Shown: piece after piece, positions 36,330 through 45,125 of the stretch | How positions within the stretch are numbered: the stretch's first letter is position 1 | Layout: each line of letters starts with the position of its first letter | Notes under the pieces: generated by a model | Database searches by the model: none | Told to the model about the DNA's origin: nothing | The model's input: only the letters and a program-made list of their open reading frames with translations | Made by a program: the position numbers and the translations under genes | From: an uncultured Bifidobacteriaceae bacterium | GTDB lineage: Bacteria > Acidobacteriota > Vicinamibacteria > Vicinamibacterales > JAMQPK01 | Reading direction: 5' to 3' | DNA length: 64,000 bases | Assembly: GCA_964356125.1 (NCBI GenBank) | Contig: CAYHHH010000008.1 | Coordinates: 4,337 to 68,336, forward strand

Positions 36330-37127
36330 GTGAGTATTTCGGTGCCTGTGCCTTCATATACGGTTGTCATTCCCGCTCGCATGGCGTCGTCACGCTATCC
36401 CGGCAAGCCGCTCGAGTTGATTCTCGGCTTGCCGATGGTCGAGCACGTGCGGCGGCGGGCGCTGCTGGCGGCCGGCGCCTCAGAGGTCGTCGTCGCCACC
36501 TGTGACGACAGCATTCTTGCTGCGGTCACGGCGGCCGGTGGCCGGGCCGTGATGACCGCCGACACCCACGAGCGTTGCACCGATCGCATTGAGGAGGCCA
36601 TGCGCTCGCTGCCCGGTGAGATCGTGGTCATGGTGCAGGGCGACGAGCCGCTGTTGATGCCCGATGCGGTCTCGCGGATCGCGCAGCCGTTGCTCGATCG
36701 CGCCGACGTGAGCTGCACCAACCTGCTGTCGCCGCTCGAGAGCGACGCCGATCTCGACAACCCGAACATTGTGAAGGCCGCCTGCGATCGGTCCGGCCGC
36801 ATCATGTTTTTCACCCGCGCCCGGATTCCGTACTACCGCAGCCGCGTCGACTGTCCGATCTACCGGCAGACCGGCATCATGGGGTTCCGCACCGGCCTGT
36901 TGCGCGCCTACGCGGCGATGCCCGAAACGCCGTTCGAGCGCGCCGAGTCGGTCGACATGCTGCGCCTGCTCGAGCACGGCCATGCGATTCAGGGCGTCGT
37001 GGTCGACTATCCGACGGTCGGCGTCGACCGGCCGGAGGACGTGCCGCTGGTCGAGCGCATTCTCCGCGAGAATGCGGTCCAGCGCGATATTCACGCCCGC
37101 ATCCAAGGGAGAGGTCCGGTCCAATGA
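36330..37127 (+). CDS. KdsB-family cytidylyltransferase (CMP-ulosonic acid synthetase-like)
   Basis: VIPARMASSRYPGKPL, VVVATCDD, HERCTDRI, VQGDEPL and GVDRPEDV, colinear with CMP-Kdo synthetase motifs. Confidence 0.8.
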   Translation: MSISVPVPSYTVVIPARMASSRYPGKPLELILGLPMVEHVRRRALLAAGASEVVVATCDDSILAAVTAAGGRAVMTADTHERCTDRIEEAMRSLPGEIVVMVQGDEPLLMPDAVSRIAQPLLDRADVSCTNLLSPLESDADLDNPNIVKAACDRSGRIMFFTRARIPYYRSRVDCPIYRQTGIMGFRTGLLRAYAAMPETPFERAESVDMLRLLEHGHAIQGVVVDYPTVGVDRPEDVPLVERILRENAVQRDIHARIQGRGPVQ

Positions 37128-38155
37128 CGCGACGTTTACGCGCCGGGATCGTCGGTTACGGCTACATGGGCGAAATTCGCCGCCGCAACATCGATGAGCT
37201 CGACGGTCTCGAGCTGGTCGGCGTCGTCGATCCGTTTGCCGCCGGCCGGCTGCCGGCGAGCGTGGCGGTTTACGATTCGTACCAGGAGCTGGTCGCGGCC
37301 GGCATCGACGCGCTGTTTGTCTGCACGCCGAACCACGTGACGCCCGAAGCCGTGATCTACGGCCTCGAGCACGGCTGCCATGTCTTCAGCGAGAAGCCGC
37401 CGGGCCGGACGCTCGGCGACATCCAGCGCATTGTCGACGCGGAGCGGCGCCATCCGGAACTGAAGCTGGTGTTCGGCTTCAACCATCGCTATCACCCCGG
37501 CATCACCGACGCCAAGGCGATCGTCGACAGCGGTTCGCTCGGGCGAATCCTGACCTTGCGCGGGGTCTACGGCAAGTCGGGCGGTCAGGGCTTCGAGCGA
37601 TCCTGGCGGAACAATCCGGCGGAGGGTGGCGGCGGCATTCTGCTGGATCAAGGCATCCACATGCTCGACCTGTTCCGTTTTTTCTGCGGTGACTTCGACG
37701 AAGTGGTTGGCTTCATCAATGCCGCCTACTGGGAGATTCCGGTCGAGGACAACGCGATGGTCCTGCTGCGCAACCGCGCCGGCCAGGTCGCGCATCTCCA
37801 CTCGTCGGCGACGTCGTGGAAGCACACGTTCCGGCTCGAGATTGGGCTCGAGCGCGGCTACCTGACGATCAGTGGTCTGTTGTCCAAGACCGGCAGCTAC
37901 GGCCGCGAAACCTTGCTGGTCGGCCGCCGTCCCGCCAGCGGGGAAGCCTCAGCGCTCGGCAATCCGCGTGAAGAGCTGACCTACTACGACAGCGACCCGT
38001 CGTGGATCGCCCAGGTCGACCGCTTCGTCGACTGCATCCTGACCAACACGCCGGTGACCGAGAGCAGCGCCCACGACGCGCTGCGCGTAATGGAGATCGT
38101 CGACACGGTGTACCGGAGTGCGGCCGAGCGGTCGCCGCGGGGAGTGACGTCATGA
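37124..38155 (+). CDS. Gfo/Idh/MocA-family NAD(P) oxidoreductase
   Basis: GIVGYGYMG Rossmann, EKPP motif (FSEKPPGRT) and a C-terminal alpha/beta domain. Confidence 0.85.
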   Translation: MTRRLRAGIVGYGYMGEIRRRNIDELDGLELVGVVDPFAAGRLPASVAVYDSYQELVAAGIDALFVCTPNHVTPEAVIYGLEHGCHVFSEKPPGRTLGDIQRIVDAERRHPELKLVFGFNHRYHPGITDAKAIVDSGSLGRILTLRGVYGKSGGQGFERSWRNNPAEGGGGILLDQGIHMLDLFRFFCGDFDEVVGFINAAYWEIPVEDNAMVLLRNRAGQVAHLHSSATSWKHTFRLEIGLERGYLTISGLLSKTGSYGRETLLVGRRPASGEASALGNPREELTYYDSDPSWIAQVDRFVDCILTNTPVTESSAHDALRVMEIVDTVYRSAAERSPRGVTS

Positions 38156-39156
38156 AGACCGTTGTGTCGCTGCAGGATCTGCTCGACGGCGAAATCCGGC
38201 CGCAGGCGCTGATCGCCGAGTATCAGGGATTGGTCGACCGCGACCTCAGGCAATGGTGGGCGGCGCATCCGCTTCGCGCGGTGCCGTGCCCGGCGTGCCA
38301 GAGCGATCGATCGACGCCGGCCTTCGAGCGGTTCGGCGCCCGTTACTGCCAGTGCGAGGGCTGTGCCTCGTTGTTCGTCTCGCCGCGCCCGGACGAAGCG
38401 GCGCTGGTCGAGTTCTACCGCGATGCACCGGCGGCGAAGTTCTGGCGCGAGCGGATCTGGCCGACCACGGCGGCGACGCGCCGCGAGAAGCTGGCGCGGC
38501 CCCGCGCGGAGTGGGTCAACGAAGGGCTTGCCGAGTATGCGCCGAAGGCGGTCAGTGGTCTCGACATCAGTCCGTACGGTGGCGCCGTGGCCGAAGAACT
38601 GGCGCGCGCCGGACGGCCGATGATGGCGGCAGCGTGGCTGGCCGATCTCGATATTCCGTCGCCGGTCGACGGTGTCACCGTGCGGCCGTCGCTCATCACC
38701 GGTCTGTCGGCAATCGGGCCAAGGGATTTCGTGACCGCGTTCGACGTCCTCGACCGCGCCGCGGACGTCCCGGCGCTGATGGCCGCGGTCGCCGAGGTGT
38801 TGCCGCCCGGCGGACTGTTGTTCCTCACGGCGACCAACGCCGATGGCTTCGACCTGCAGGTCCTGTGGTCCAAGGCGCCGACGCTGGCGCCTCCCGACAA
38901 GCTCAACGTGTTGTCGGTCGACGGCCTGCTGAAGCTGCTGTCGGGTCCGGAATGGGAAGTGCTGGAGTTCAGCACCCCAGGCTTGTTCGATGTCGAGCAA
39001 GTGCGGCGGGCGGTCGCCGCCGACCCCACCGGTGATTGGCCCAGGCCGGTGCGCCGTTTGCTGGCGCGCGGCGGCGGCGCGCTCGACGATTTCCAGGAAT
39101 TCCTCCAGCGCCATCGCCTGGCGTCATTTGCCCGCCTCGTCGTGCGGCGGCGGTAA
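38152..39156 (+). CDS. Zn-ribbon-containing methyltransferase-fold protein (degenerate SAM motif I)
   Basis: ATG 38152 ATGA-coupled. CPACQS...CQCEGCASLFVSPRP Cys pairs. Motif I reads LDISPYGG instead of DxGxGxG. Paralog of 40603..41610 and 12707..13561. Confidence 0.6.
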   Translation: MKTVVSLQDLLDGEIRPQALIAEYQGLVDRDLRQWWAAHPLRAVPCPACQSDRSTPAFERFGARYCQCEGCASLFVSPRPDEAALVEFYRDAPAAKFWRERIWPTTAATRREKLARPRAEWVNEGLAEYAPKAVSGLDISPYGGAVAEELARAGRPMMAAAWLADLDIPSPVDGVTVRPSLITGLSAIGPRDFVTAFDVLDRAADVPALMAAVAEVLPPGGLLFLTATNADGFDLQVLWSKAPTLAPPDKLNVLSVDGLLKLLSGPEWEVLEFSTPGLFDVEQVRRAVAADPTGDWPRPVRRLLARGGGALDDFQEFLQRHRLASFARLVVRRR

Positions 39157-39173
39157 GAGAAGGGACGAAGCCA

Positions 39174-39968
39174 GTGCTCGCAGCCGAGATCAAAGCCAAG
39201 CTGAAGCGGGGCGAAGTGAGCCTCGGGTCGTGGATGTCCATGGCCCATGTGTCGATCGCCGAGATCCTCGCTTCGGCGGGATACGACTGGGTGGTGATCG
39301 AGACCGAACACACCGCGATCGACAACCACGAGGTGTTGCGCCTGCTGCCCGCAATCGAACATGCCGGGGCGGTACCGCTCGTGCGGCTGGCATGGAACGA
39401 CGCCATCCAGTGCAAGGCCGTGCTCGATTCCGGCGCTGCCGGGGTGCTGGTGCCCATGGTGAATTCGCGCACCGAAGCCGAGCTCGCCGTGAAAGCAGTG
39501 AAGTACCCGCCGATGGGTACCCGCGGCGTCGGCCTCGCGCGGGCGCAACATTACGGTGAGCGGTTCGCCGAGTACGTTGCGCAGGCCAACGATTCGACCT
39601 TGCTAATCGTGCAGATCGAGCACGTGGATGCAGTGCGCAACATTGAGGAGATTCTCGACGTGCCCGGCATCGACGGCACGTTCATCGGACCGTACGACCT
39701 GTCCATGTCGATGGGCCTACCCGGCCAGCTCGACCATCCCGATATTCTGCAGGCACGTCGCCGCGTCCTCGAGGCCACCAAGGCCCGGGGCCTTGCACCG
39801 GGTATCCACCTGGTGCATCCGGACCGGGCAGTTGCCGACATTGCTTCGGTCATCGCCGAGGGCTACCAGTTCATCGCCCTGGGTACCGACATTCTGTTCC
39901 TGGGCGATTCGTGCCGCGCCGTCCAGCGCGCCACGGCCGCCGCGGTGTCAGCCGTCGCGCCGAAGTGA
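39174..39968 (+). CDS. HpcH/HpaI-family class II (metal-dependent) pyruvate aldolase
   Basis: GTG 39174 inside ORF 39036..39968. GSWMSMAHVSIAEILASAGYDWVVIETEH, VRLAWND, VLVPMVNS, YPPMGTRG, IEHVDAV and GPYDLS. Confidence 0.85.
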   Translation: MLAAEIKAKLKRGEVSLGSWMSMAHVSIAEILASAGYDWVVIETEHTAIDNHEVLRLLPAIEHAGAVPLVRLAWNDAIQCKAVLDSGAAGVLVPMVNSRTEAELAVKAVKYPPMGTRGVGLARAQHYGERFAEYVAQANDSTLLIVQIEHVDAVRNIEEILDVPGIDGTFIGPYDLSMSMGLPGQLDHPDILQARRRVLEATKARGLAPGIHLVHPDRAVADIASVIAEGYQFIALGTDILFLGDSCRAVQRATAAAVSAVAPK

Positions 39969-40606
39969 GCCGCGTCCGCGCACTGGTTCTCGATTTCGAT
40001 GGTGTGATCCTCGAGTCGAACGATCTGAAGACGGCGGCATTCGACGCCGTGTTTTCGCGGTTTCCCGAACACCAGGCCGCGATGATGGCGTTTCACCACG
40101 CTCATGTCGCCGAATCACGCTACGTCAAGTTCCGGCACCTGGCGACCGCACATCTCGGCCGGCCTGCCGATGACCCGATCGTCGAAGAGCTGGTCACTGG
40201 ATTTTCAACCGAGATGCAGGCCCGTCTTGCACGGTGCCCGATGGTCGCAGGCGCCGACGCGTTCCTGGATCGCGTGCGCGGCCGCTTACCGTTGTACCTC
40301 GCCTCGATGACTCCCGCCGCCGAACTCGACGACCTGCTGGCGCTTCGTGGTCTGCGGGCGACCTTTACTGGGGTCTACGGATGCCCGCCGTGGCCCAAGG
40401 AGCAGGCCTTGAACGAAATTGTGGCCGTGCACGGCCGCGACGGACTGCTGTTCATCGGCGATTCGGCTGGCGATCAACGCGCGGCCGCGCGGACCGGCAT
40501 CGAATTCATCGGCCGTGACAGCGGCTTGCCGTTCGACGAGCCGCTTCCGCGGTCGTATCCCAACATGGTCGAACTCCTCTCAGCCATCGACGAGCGTTTG
40601 CCATGA
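39965..40606 (+). CDS. HAD-superfamily hydrolase/phosphatase
   Basis: GTG 39965 GTGA-coupled. DxD motif VLDFDGVILES, ASMTP and IGDSAGD. Paralog of 30353..31024. Confidence 0.8.
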   Translation: MSRVRALVLDFDGVILESNDLKTAAFDAVFSRFPEHQAAMMAFHHAHVAESRYVKFRHLATAHLGRPADDPIVEELVTGFSTEMQARLARCPMVAGADAFLDRVRGRLPLYLASMTPAAELDDLLALRGLRATFTGVYGCPPWPKEQALNEIVAVHGRDGLLFIGDSAGDQRAAARTGIEFIGRDSGLPFDEPLPRSYPNMVELLSAIDERLP

Positions 40607-41610
40607 CTACGCCGATGCGCGAGAACGACATCAGGCCCAAGGCGCTGCTCGACGAGTTCTTTGCCCGCTTGAAGCGTGACGCGGATCGCCTGGCGGCGCG
40701 CCGCGCCTCGTTCGTCGACGTGCCTTGTGGCCTGTGCGGATCGGCCGACAGCGCTCAGACCTTCGTGAAAGACGGATTCCCTTATCGCACCTGCAGCTCG
40801 TGCAGCTCGCTGTTTGCCAGCCCGCGCCCGACCGAAGCCGCCCTGATCGACTACGCGGAGACCTCCGAAGCGGTGGAATTCTGGAGCACGCATTTTTATC
40901 GCGAGACCGCGGCCGCTCGCCGGGAGCGGATGTTCCGGCCGCGCGCCGCGCTCGCCATGGAGATCGCCTCGCGCTACGGGCTGACCGGTGAGGTCAGAGC
41001 CGCTGACGTCGGTGCCGGCTACGGCCTGTTCCTGCTCGAACTGCAGGCGATTGCTCCGGCGTGGTCGCTCACGGCAATCGAACCGGATCAGCGGTTGGCA
41101 GCCGTCTGTCGCGAACATGGGCTCGAGGTCGATCAGCGGTGGGTGGAGCAGATCGGCGATGGCGAGCTGGGCATGGATTTCGTCGCCGCCTTCGAGGTGA
41201 TCGAGCACGTGTTCGATCCGGCGGCGTTCATCGACGCCTGCCGGCGGCTGCTGCGGCCAGGCGGTATCGCGCTCGTCACGACGCTCACCATTTCCGGATT
41301 CGATCTCCAGGTGCTCGGCGCCGCATCGCGCTCAATCACGCCGCCTCAGCACTTGAATTTCCCTTCGGTCGCGGCAGTGGCGCGGCTGGCGGCGCGCACC
41401 GGCTTCGAGGTCGTTGAAGTGTCCACGCCCGGGCAGCTCGACGTCGATATCGTTCGTAACGTCTATCTTGAACATCCGGAGTTCGTGCAGGACGCCTTCG
41501 CGCGCTCTATGGCCATGGCGGGTGACGAGACGCGACAGGCCTTCCAAGCCTTCTTACGCGAGCATCGCATGAGCTCGCATCTGAGGTGCGTGCTTCGCCG
41601 TGTGCGGTGA
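40603..41610 (+). CDS. Class I SAM-dependent methyltransferase with Zn-ribbon N-terminus
   Basis: CGLCGS...CSSCSSLFASPRP, motif I DVGAGYG and LRPGGIALV. Confidence 0.75.
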   Translation: MTTPMRENDIRPKALLDEFFARLKRDADRLAARRASFVDVPCGLCGSADSAQTFVKDGFPYRTCSSCSSLFASPRPTEAALIDYAETSEAVEFWSTHFYRETAAARRERMFRPRAALAMEIASRYGLTGEVRAADVGAGYGLFLLELQAIAPAWSLTAIEPDQRLAAVCREHGLEVDQRWVEQIGDGELGMDFVAAFEVIEHVFDPAAFIDACRRLLRPGGIALVTTLTISGFDLQVLGAASRSITPPQHLNFPSVAAVARLAARTGFEVVEVSTPGQLDVDIVRNVYLEHPEFVQDAFARSMAMAGDETRQAFQAFLREHRMSSHLRCVLRRVR

Positions 41611-43556
41611 CGGCTCGGCGGCTGCTGGTCCTCGACTCGTACGATGCATCGATCGTGCGGCAGATTACCGGCGACGGCCGGGACTGGGATGTCCTGCTGC
41701 TGGGCATCGATGAACGGTGGTTCCGGCGGCTGTCGCCGGAGCTGGTGCCGGCCGACGATCGCGTGCGCTACCTGGACCTGACGAGCGTCGCCGCGCAGGC
41801 GCACGAGCAGGTCCGTGAGTTCGTGCTCGGGACGGTTGCCATGCTGGGGCACCAGCCGGTCGACGGCGTACCACTATGGCAGGCGCTCGCATCGGCCGGC
41901 TCATCGTGGTGGTACCTCGAAACCACTGAGAAGGGCCCTTACCGGACGCCGCTCGTGTCTCAGCTCTACGCGCTCGCGCTCTTCGCGCAGGTCCGGGAGC
42001 GCACGAGGTATACCTCCCATGTCGTCGCCACGCGCCATTCGTGGCTGGCGCGCGCGGCCTCGTCCCTCGATCGCTGCGCCGTCTCTCGACTCGGCGCCTC
42101 GCTGCCGGCGCCACCCTCACAGCCACGGCGCGACTATCTGCGGCATGCGGCCACCGCCGCCGCGACCGTCGCGGTCGCACGGCTTGCCGCCTGGCGCGGA
42201 CGATGGCCTCGTATCGCGTTGCCGGCTGGACGAACCTGGGTGTTCAGTTTTCTGCCGGCATGGTGGACCAGACCGTTGGACCCGCAGTTGGCCAGCGAGC
42301 GTTTTTTCCCGGCGCCACCTGCCGGGGTTGCGTTTGTCGGCTGGGTCCACACGCCGCAGTTGCTGTGGCGGTCGCGACGGGAGTTGGCCGAGGTGATCGC
42401 CGCCCGGCAGATTCTGGTGCTCAACCGGCTCGTGCCATGGCGGACTGTGCTTGGGCTCCTGTCGCCTCGGCGGTTCTTCCGTTTCATGCGCATCGTTGAT
42501 GGCATTCGGCGGCTGCCCGAGTTGAAGTTCGCCGGTGTCGATGCCGGGCCGGTGGTGGCGCGCGACCTCGAACGCTCGCTGACGGGCGGCGAAGTCTTTC
42601 AAGACCAGATGCTGGCTGAAGCAATGGCGCGGTTTGCGCGCCAGCAGCAGCCCCGCATAGTGGCCTATCGAGCAGAGTTTCAACCGGCGGAGCAAGCCGT
42701 GCTGACAGGTCTGCGAGGGCTGTCTCGCGCCGTGGGCTTTGTCCACTATCCGTTCGGCCGCCGTTACCTTTCGATGTACGAATCGCCAGCAACAACCAGC
42801 CCGGGAACTCCTGAACGCTTGGCGCCCGACGCGTTCATCAGTTGCGGCGCCGTCGGACGGGAGCACCTGATCGACGCCGGCTACCAGGCGGAGCGCATTG
42901 CGCTCTGCGGCCCGCAGCGTCACCCGAACCTGGTGACGCGGCTGCGGCAGCCGATCGATCGCACCGCGACGCGAGGCGCGCTCGGTCTCGATCCCGGCAC
43001 GCCCGTTATGCTGGTGGCGATTGCGATCGAGCAAGCGGACACGGAAGCGTTGTTCGGAGCGCTCCTGGACGCGCTCGACGCCTTTGGCCCGTGGCGGATC
43101 TGGATTCGCACACATCCCAACCGTCCCGGCGGAGATTCCGCCCTGAAGTACGCGCTGGCATCGCTTGGGCCTGAGCGCGCGGTCTTGGTTCCCGACGCCG
43201 TTTCACTCTATGACACGTTGATCGCGAGCGATGTGTTGGTGACGATCGGTTCGACCCTCGCATTCGAGGCCCTGGCCCTTGGATGTCAGGCGATCGCCTT
43301 CGAAACGCCGGCCACGTATGCCGCGACCTCGCTCGCCGAGTTTTCGGACGCGATCCACGTCGTGCACGATGCGGCAGAGCTGCAGCGGGCGCTCGATGAG
43401 ATCATTGGCCGCGCCCCAGCGGCGCTGGCGCGGCAAGCGTGCTGGCATCGTACGGTGACCCGGATGCTTGGCGACCTGTCGACCCCGCTCCCGCGACAGT
43501 TTGACCACGCCATGGCCGGACTCGGCCTGGCGCCAATGCCCGAAGGAGAATCATGA
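41607..43556 (+). CDS. Large hypothetical protein with GT-B-like C-terminal half (candidate ulosonic-acid transferase, KpsC/KpsS- or TagF-like)
   Basis: GTG 41607 GTGA-coupled. C-terminal IWIRTHPN ... DVLVTIGSTLAFEALALGCQAIAF resembles the K/R-x-HP and S-T-x-x-E-A motifs of the Capsule_synth/TagF GT-B families. Weak motif-level call only. Confidence 0.45.
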   Translation: MTARRLLVLDSYDASIVRQITGDGRDWDVLLLGIDERWFRRLSPELVPADDRVRYLDLTSVAAQAHEQVREFVLGTVAMLGHQPVDGVPLWQALASAGSSWWYLETTEKGPYRTPLVSQLYALALFAQVRERTRYTSHVVATRHSWLARAASSLDRCAVSRLGASLPAPPSQPRRDYLRHAATAAATVAVARLAAWRGRWPRIALPAGRTWVFSFLPAWWTRPLDPQLASERFFPAPPAGVAFVGWVHTPQLLWRSRRELAEVIAARQILVLNRLVPWRTVLGLLSPRRFFRFMRIVDGIRRLPELKFAGVDAGPVVARDLERSLTGGEVFQDQMLAEAMARFARQQQPRIVAYRAEFQPAEQAVLTGLRGLSRAVGFVHYPFGRRYLSMYESPATTSPGTPERLAPDAFISCGAVGREHLIDAGYQAERIALCGPQRHPNLVTRLRQPIDRTATRGALGLDPGTPVMLVAIAIEQADTEALFGALLDALDAFGPWRIWIRTHPNRPGGDSALKYALASLGPERAVLVPDAVSLYDTLIASDVLVTIGSTLAFEALALGCQAIAFETPATYAATSLAEFSDAIHVVHDAAELQRALDEIIGRAPAALARQACWHRTVTRMLGDLSTPLPRQFDHAMAGLGLAPMPEGES

Positions 43557-44149
43557 CGTTCGCAGCGCAGTATTTTAAAGAAGCCATCCAGATCCTGGAA
43601 CAACTTGACGCCGCCGCAGTCGAGCGGATGGCCGACGTGCTCGTCGATCTCCGCACCCGTGGCGGCCGCCTGTTCCTGCTCGGCGTGGGCGGCGGCGCCG
43701 GCCACGCTTCGCACGCGGTCAACGACTTTCGGAAGATCGCCGGCATCGAGGCGTATTCGCCGGTCGACAACGTCTCGGAGCTGACCGCGCGCGCCAACGA
43801 CGAAGGTTGGGACACCACCTTTGCCGCGTGGCTCGCCGGCAGCCGCCTCAGGGCCGAGGATGCGGTTCTGGTGTTTTCGGTCGGCGGCGGCAGCCTCGAC
43901 AAGAACGTCAGCGCCAACATCGTTCGCGCCCTGGAGCTCGCCGTCGAGCGCAAGGCCACTGTTCTCGGCATCGTCGGCCGCGATGGTGGCTTCACCGCCA
44001 AGGTCGCGACCGCCTGTGTCATCGTGCCGACCGTGAATCCGGCGCACGTGACGCCTCATACCGAATCGTTCCAGGCCCTGGTCTGGCACGCGCTGGTGGC
44101 GCACCCGAAGCTTCAGCAGGTTACGAACAAGTGGGAATCGCTCAAGTGA
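43553..44149 (+). CDS. SIS-domain sugar-phosphate isomerase (GmhA/KdsD-like)
   Basis: RLFLLGVGGGAGHASHAVNDF and VFSVGGGS SIS motifs. Confidence 0.85.
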   Translation: MTFAAQYFKEAIQILEQLDAAAVERMADVLVDLRTRGGRLFLLGVGGGAGHASHAVNDFRKIAGIEAYSPVDNVSELTARANDEGWDTTFAAWLAGSRLRAEDAVLVFSVGGGSLDKNVSANIVRALELAVERKATVLGIVGRDGGFTAKVATACVIVPTVNPAHVTPHTESFQALVWHALVAHPKLQQVTNKWESLK

Positions 44150-44177
44150 GCGTGACGACAAGAGCCGGAGGCACGCA

Positions 44178-45125
44178 ATGAAGCTGCGATTCATGCGGGA
44201 TCGAACGCCGGAAGACTTCGCCGAGCCGACGGCGCTGCCGGAGTCCGCCGAACAGGCAAGCCGCTGGCAAGGCGACAACCGGGCGTGGTGGGAAGCGCAT
44301 CCGATGCGCTATGACTTCACCGAGTCGCACGAAGCGGCGGAACTGACGCCGGCGTTCTTCGACGAAGTCGACGCCCGGTTCTTCCAGAGCGCTGCCGAAG
44401 AGTTCCCGTGGACGCGCGTGCCGTTCGACAACTTTGTCGACTTTTCCTCGCTGGCCGACAAGCGCGTTCTCGAGATTGGCGTCGGTTGCGGCACGCACGC
44501 CGAACTGTTGTCGCGCCACGCCGGCGAGTACGTTGGCATCGACCTGACCGGCTACGCCGTTCGCGCGACCAACACGCGACTGGCGTTGCGCGGCCTGCCG
44601 GCGCGGGCCGTCGAGATGGACGCCGAGCACATGGACTTTCCCGATGCCTCATTCGACCTGGTCTGGTCGTGGGGAGTCATTCATCACTCGTCCAATACCC
44701 GGCAGATTCTGAGTGAAATTGCGCGTGTGCTGAAGCCACAGGGCCGCTGCACTGTCATGATCTACCACACGAGTCCGTGGAACACGTTCATTCGCGGCGG
44801 GCTGTACTACGGCATCCTGCGCGGCGGCTTCTTGCGGACCCGCTCCGTGCACCGGCTGTTGCAGGAGACCACCGACGGCGCCCTGGCGCGCTACTACACT
44901 ATCGACGAATGGAAGCGGGAAGCGGCGCCGTTCTTCGAGGTCTCATCGGTGTCGGTGATCGGGCACCGGACGCAGTTGATCCCGCTGGCGGCCGGCCGCT
45001 TGAAGAATGCTGTTGGCGCACTGATACCGGGACCGCTTGGCCGCTGGATTACCAACCGGCCGTTCTTCGGCTACATGCTGGTGGCCGACATGACCCGCAA
45101 GACGGCGCAGCCGGCAGATGGCTAG
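44178..45125 (+). CDS. Class I SAM-dependent methyltransferase
   Basis: VLEIGVGCGTHA motif I, FDLVWSWGVIHH and LKPQGRC. Confidence 0.85.
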   Translation: MKLRFMRDRTPEDFAEPTALPESAEQASRWQGDNRAWWEAHPMRYDFTESHEAAELTPAFFDEVDARFFQSAAEEFPWTRVPFDNFVDFSSLADKRVLEIGVGCGTHAELLSRHAGEYVGIDLTGYAVRATNTRLALRGLPARAVEMDAEHMDFPDASFDLVWSWGVIHHSSNTRQILSEIARVLKPQGRCTVMIYHTSPWNTFIRGGLYYGILRGGFLRTRSVHRLLQETTDGALARYYTIDEWKREAAPFFEVSSVSVIGHRTQLIPLAAGRLKNAVGALIPGPLGRWITNRPFFGYMLVADMTRKTAQPADG

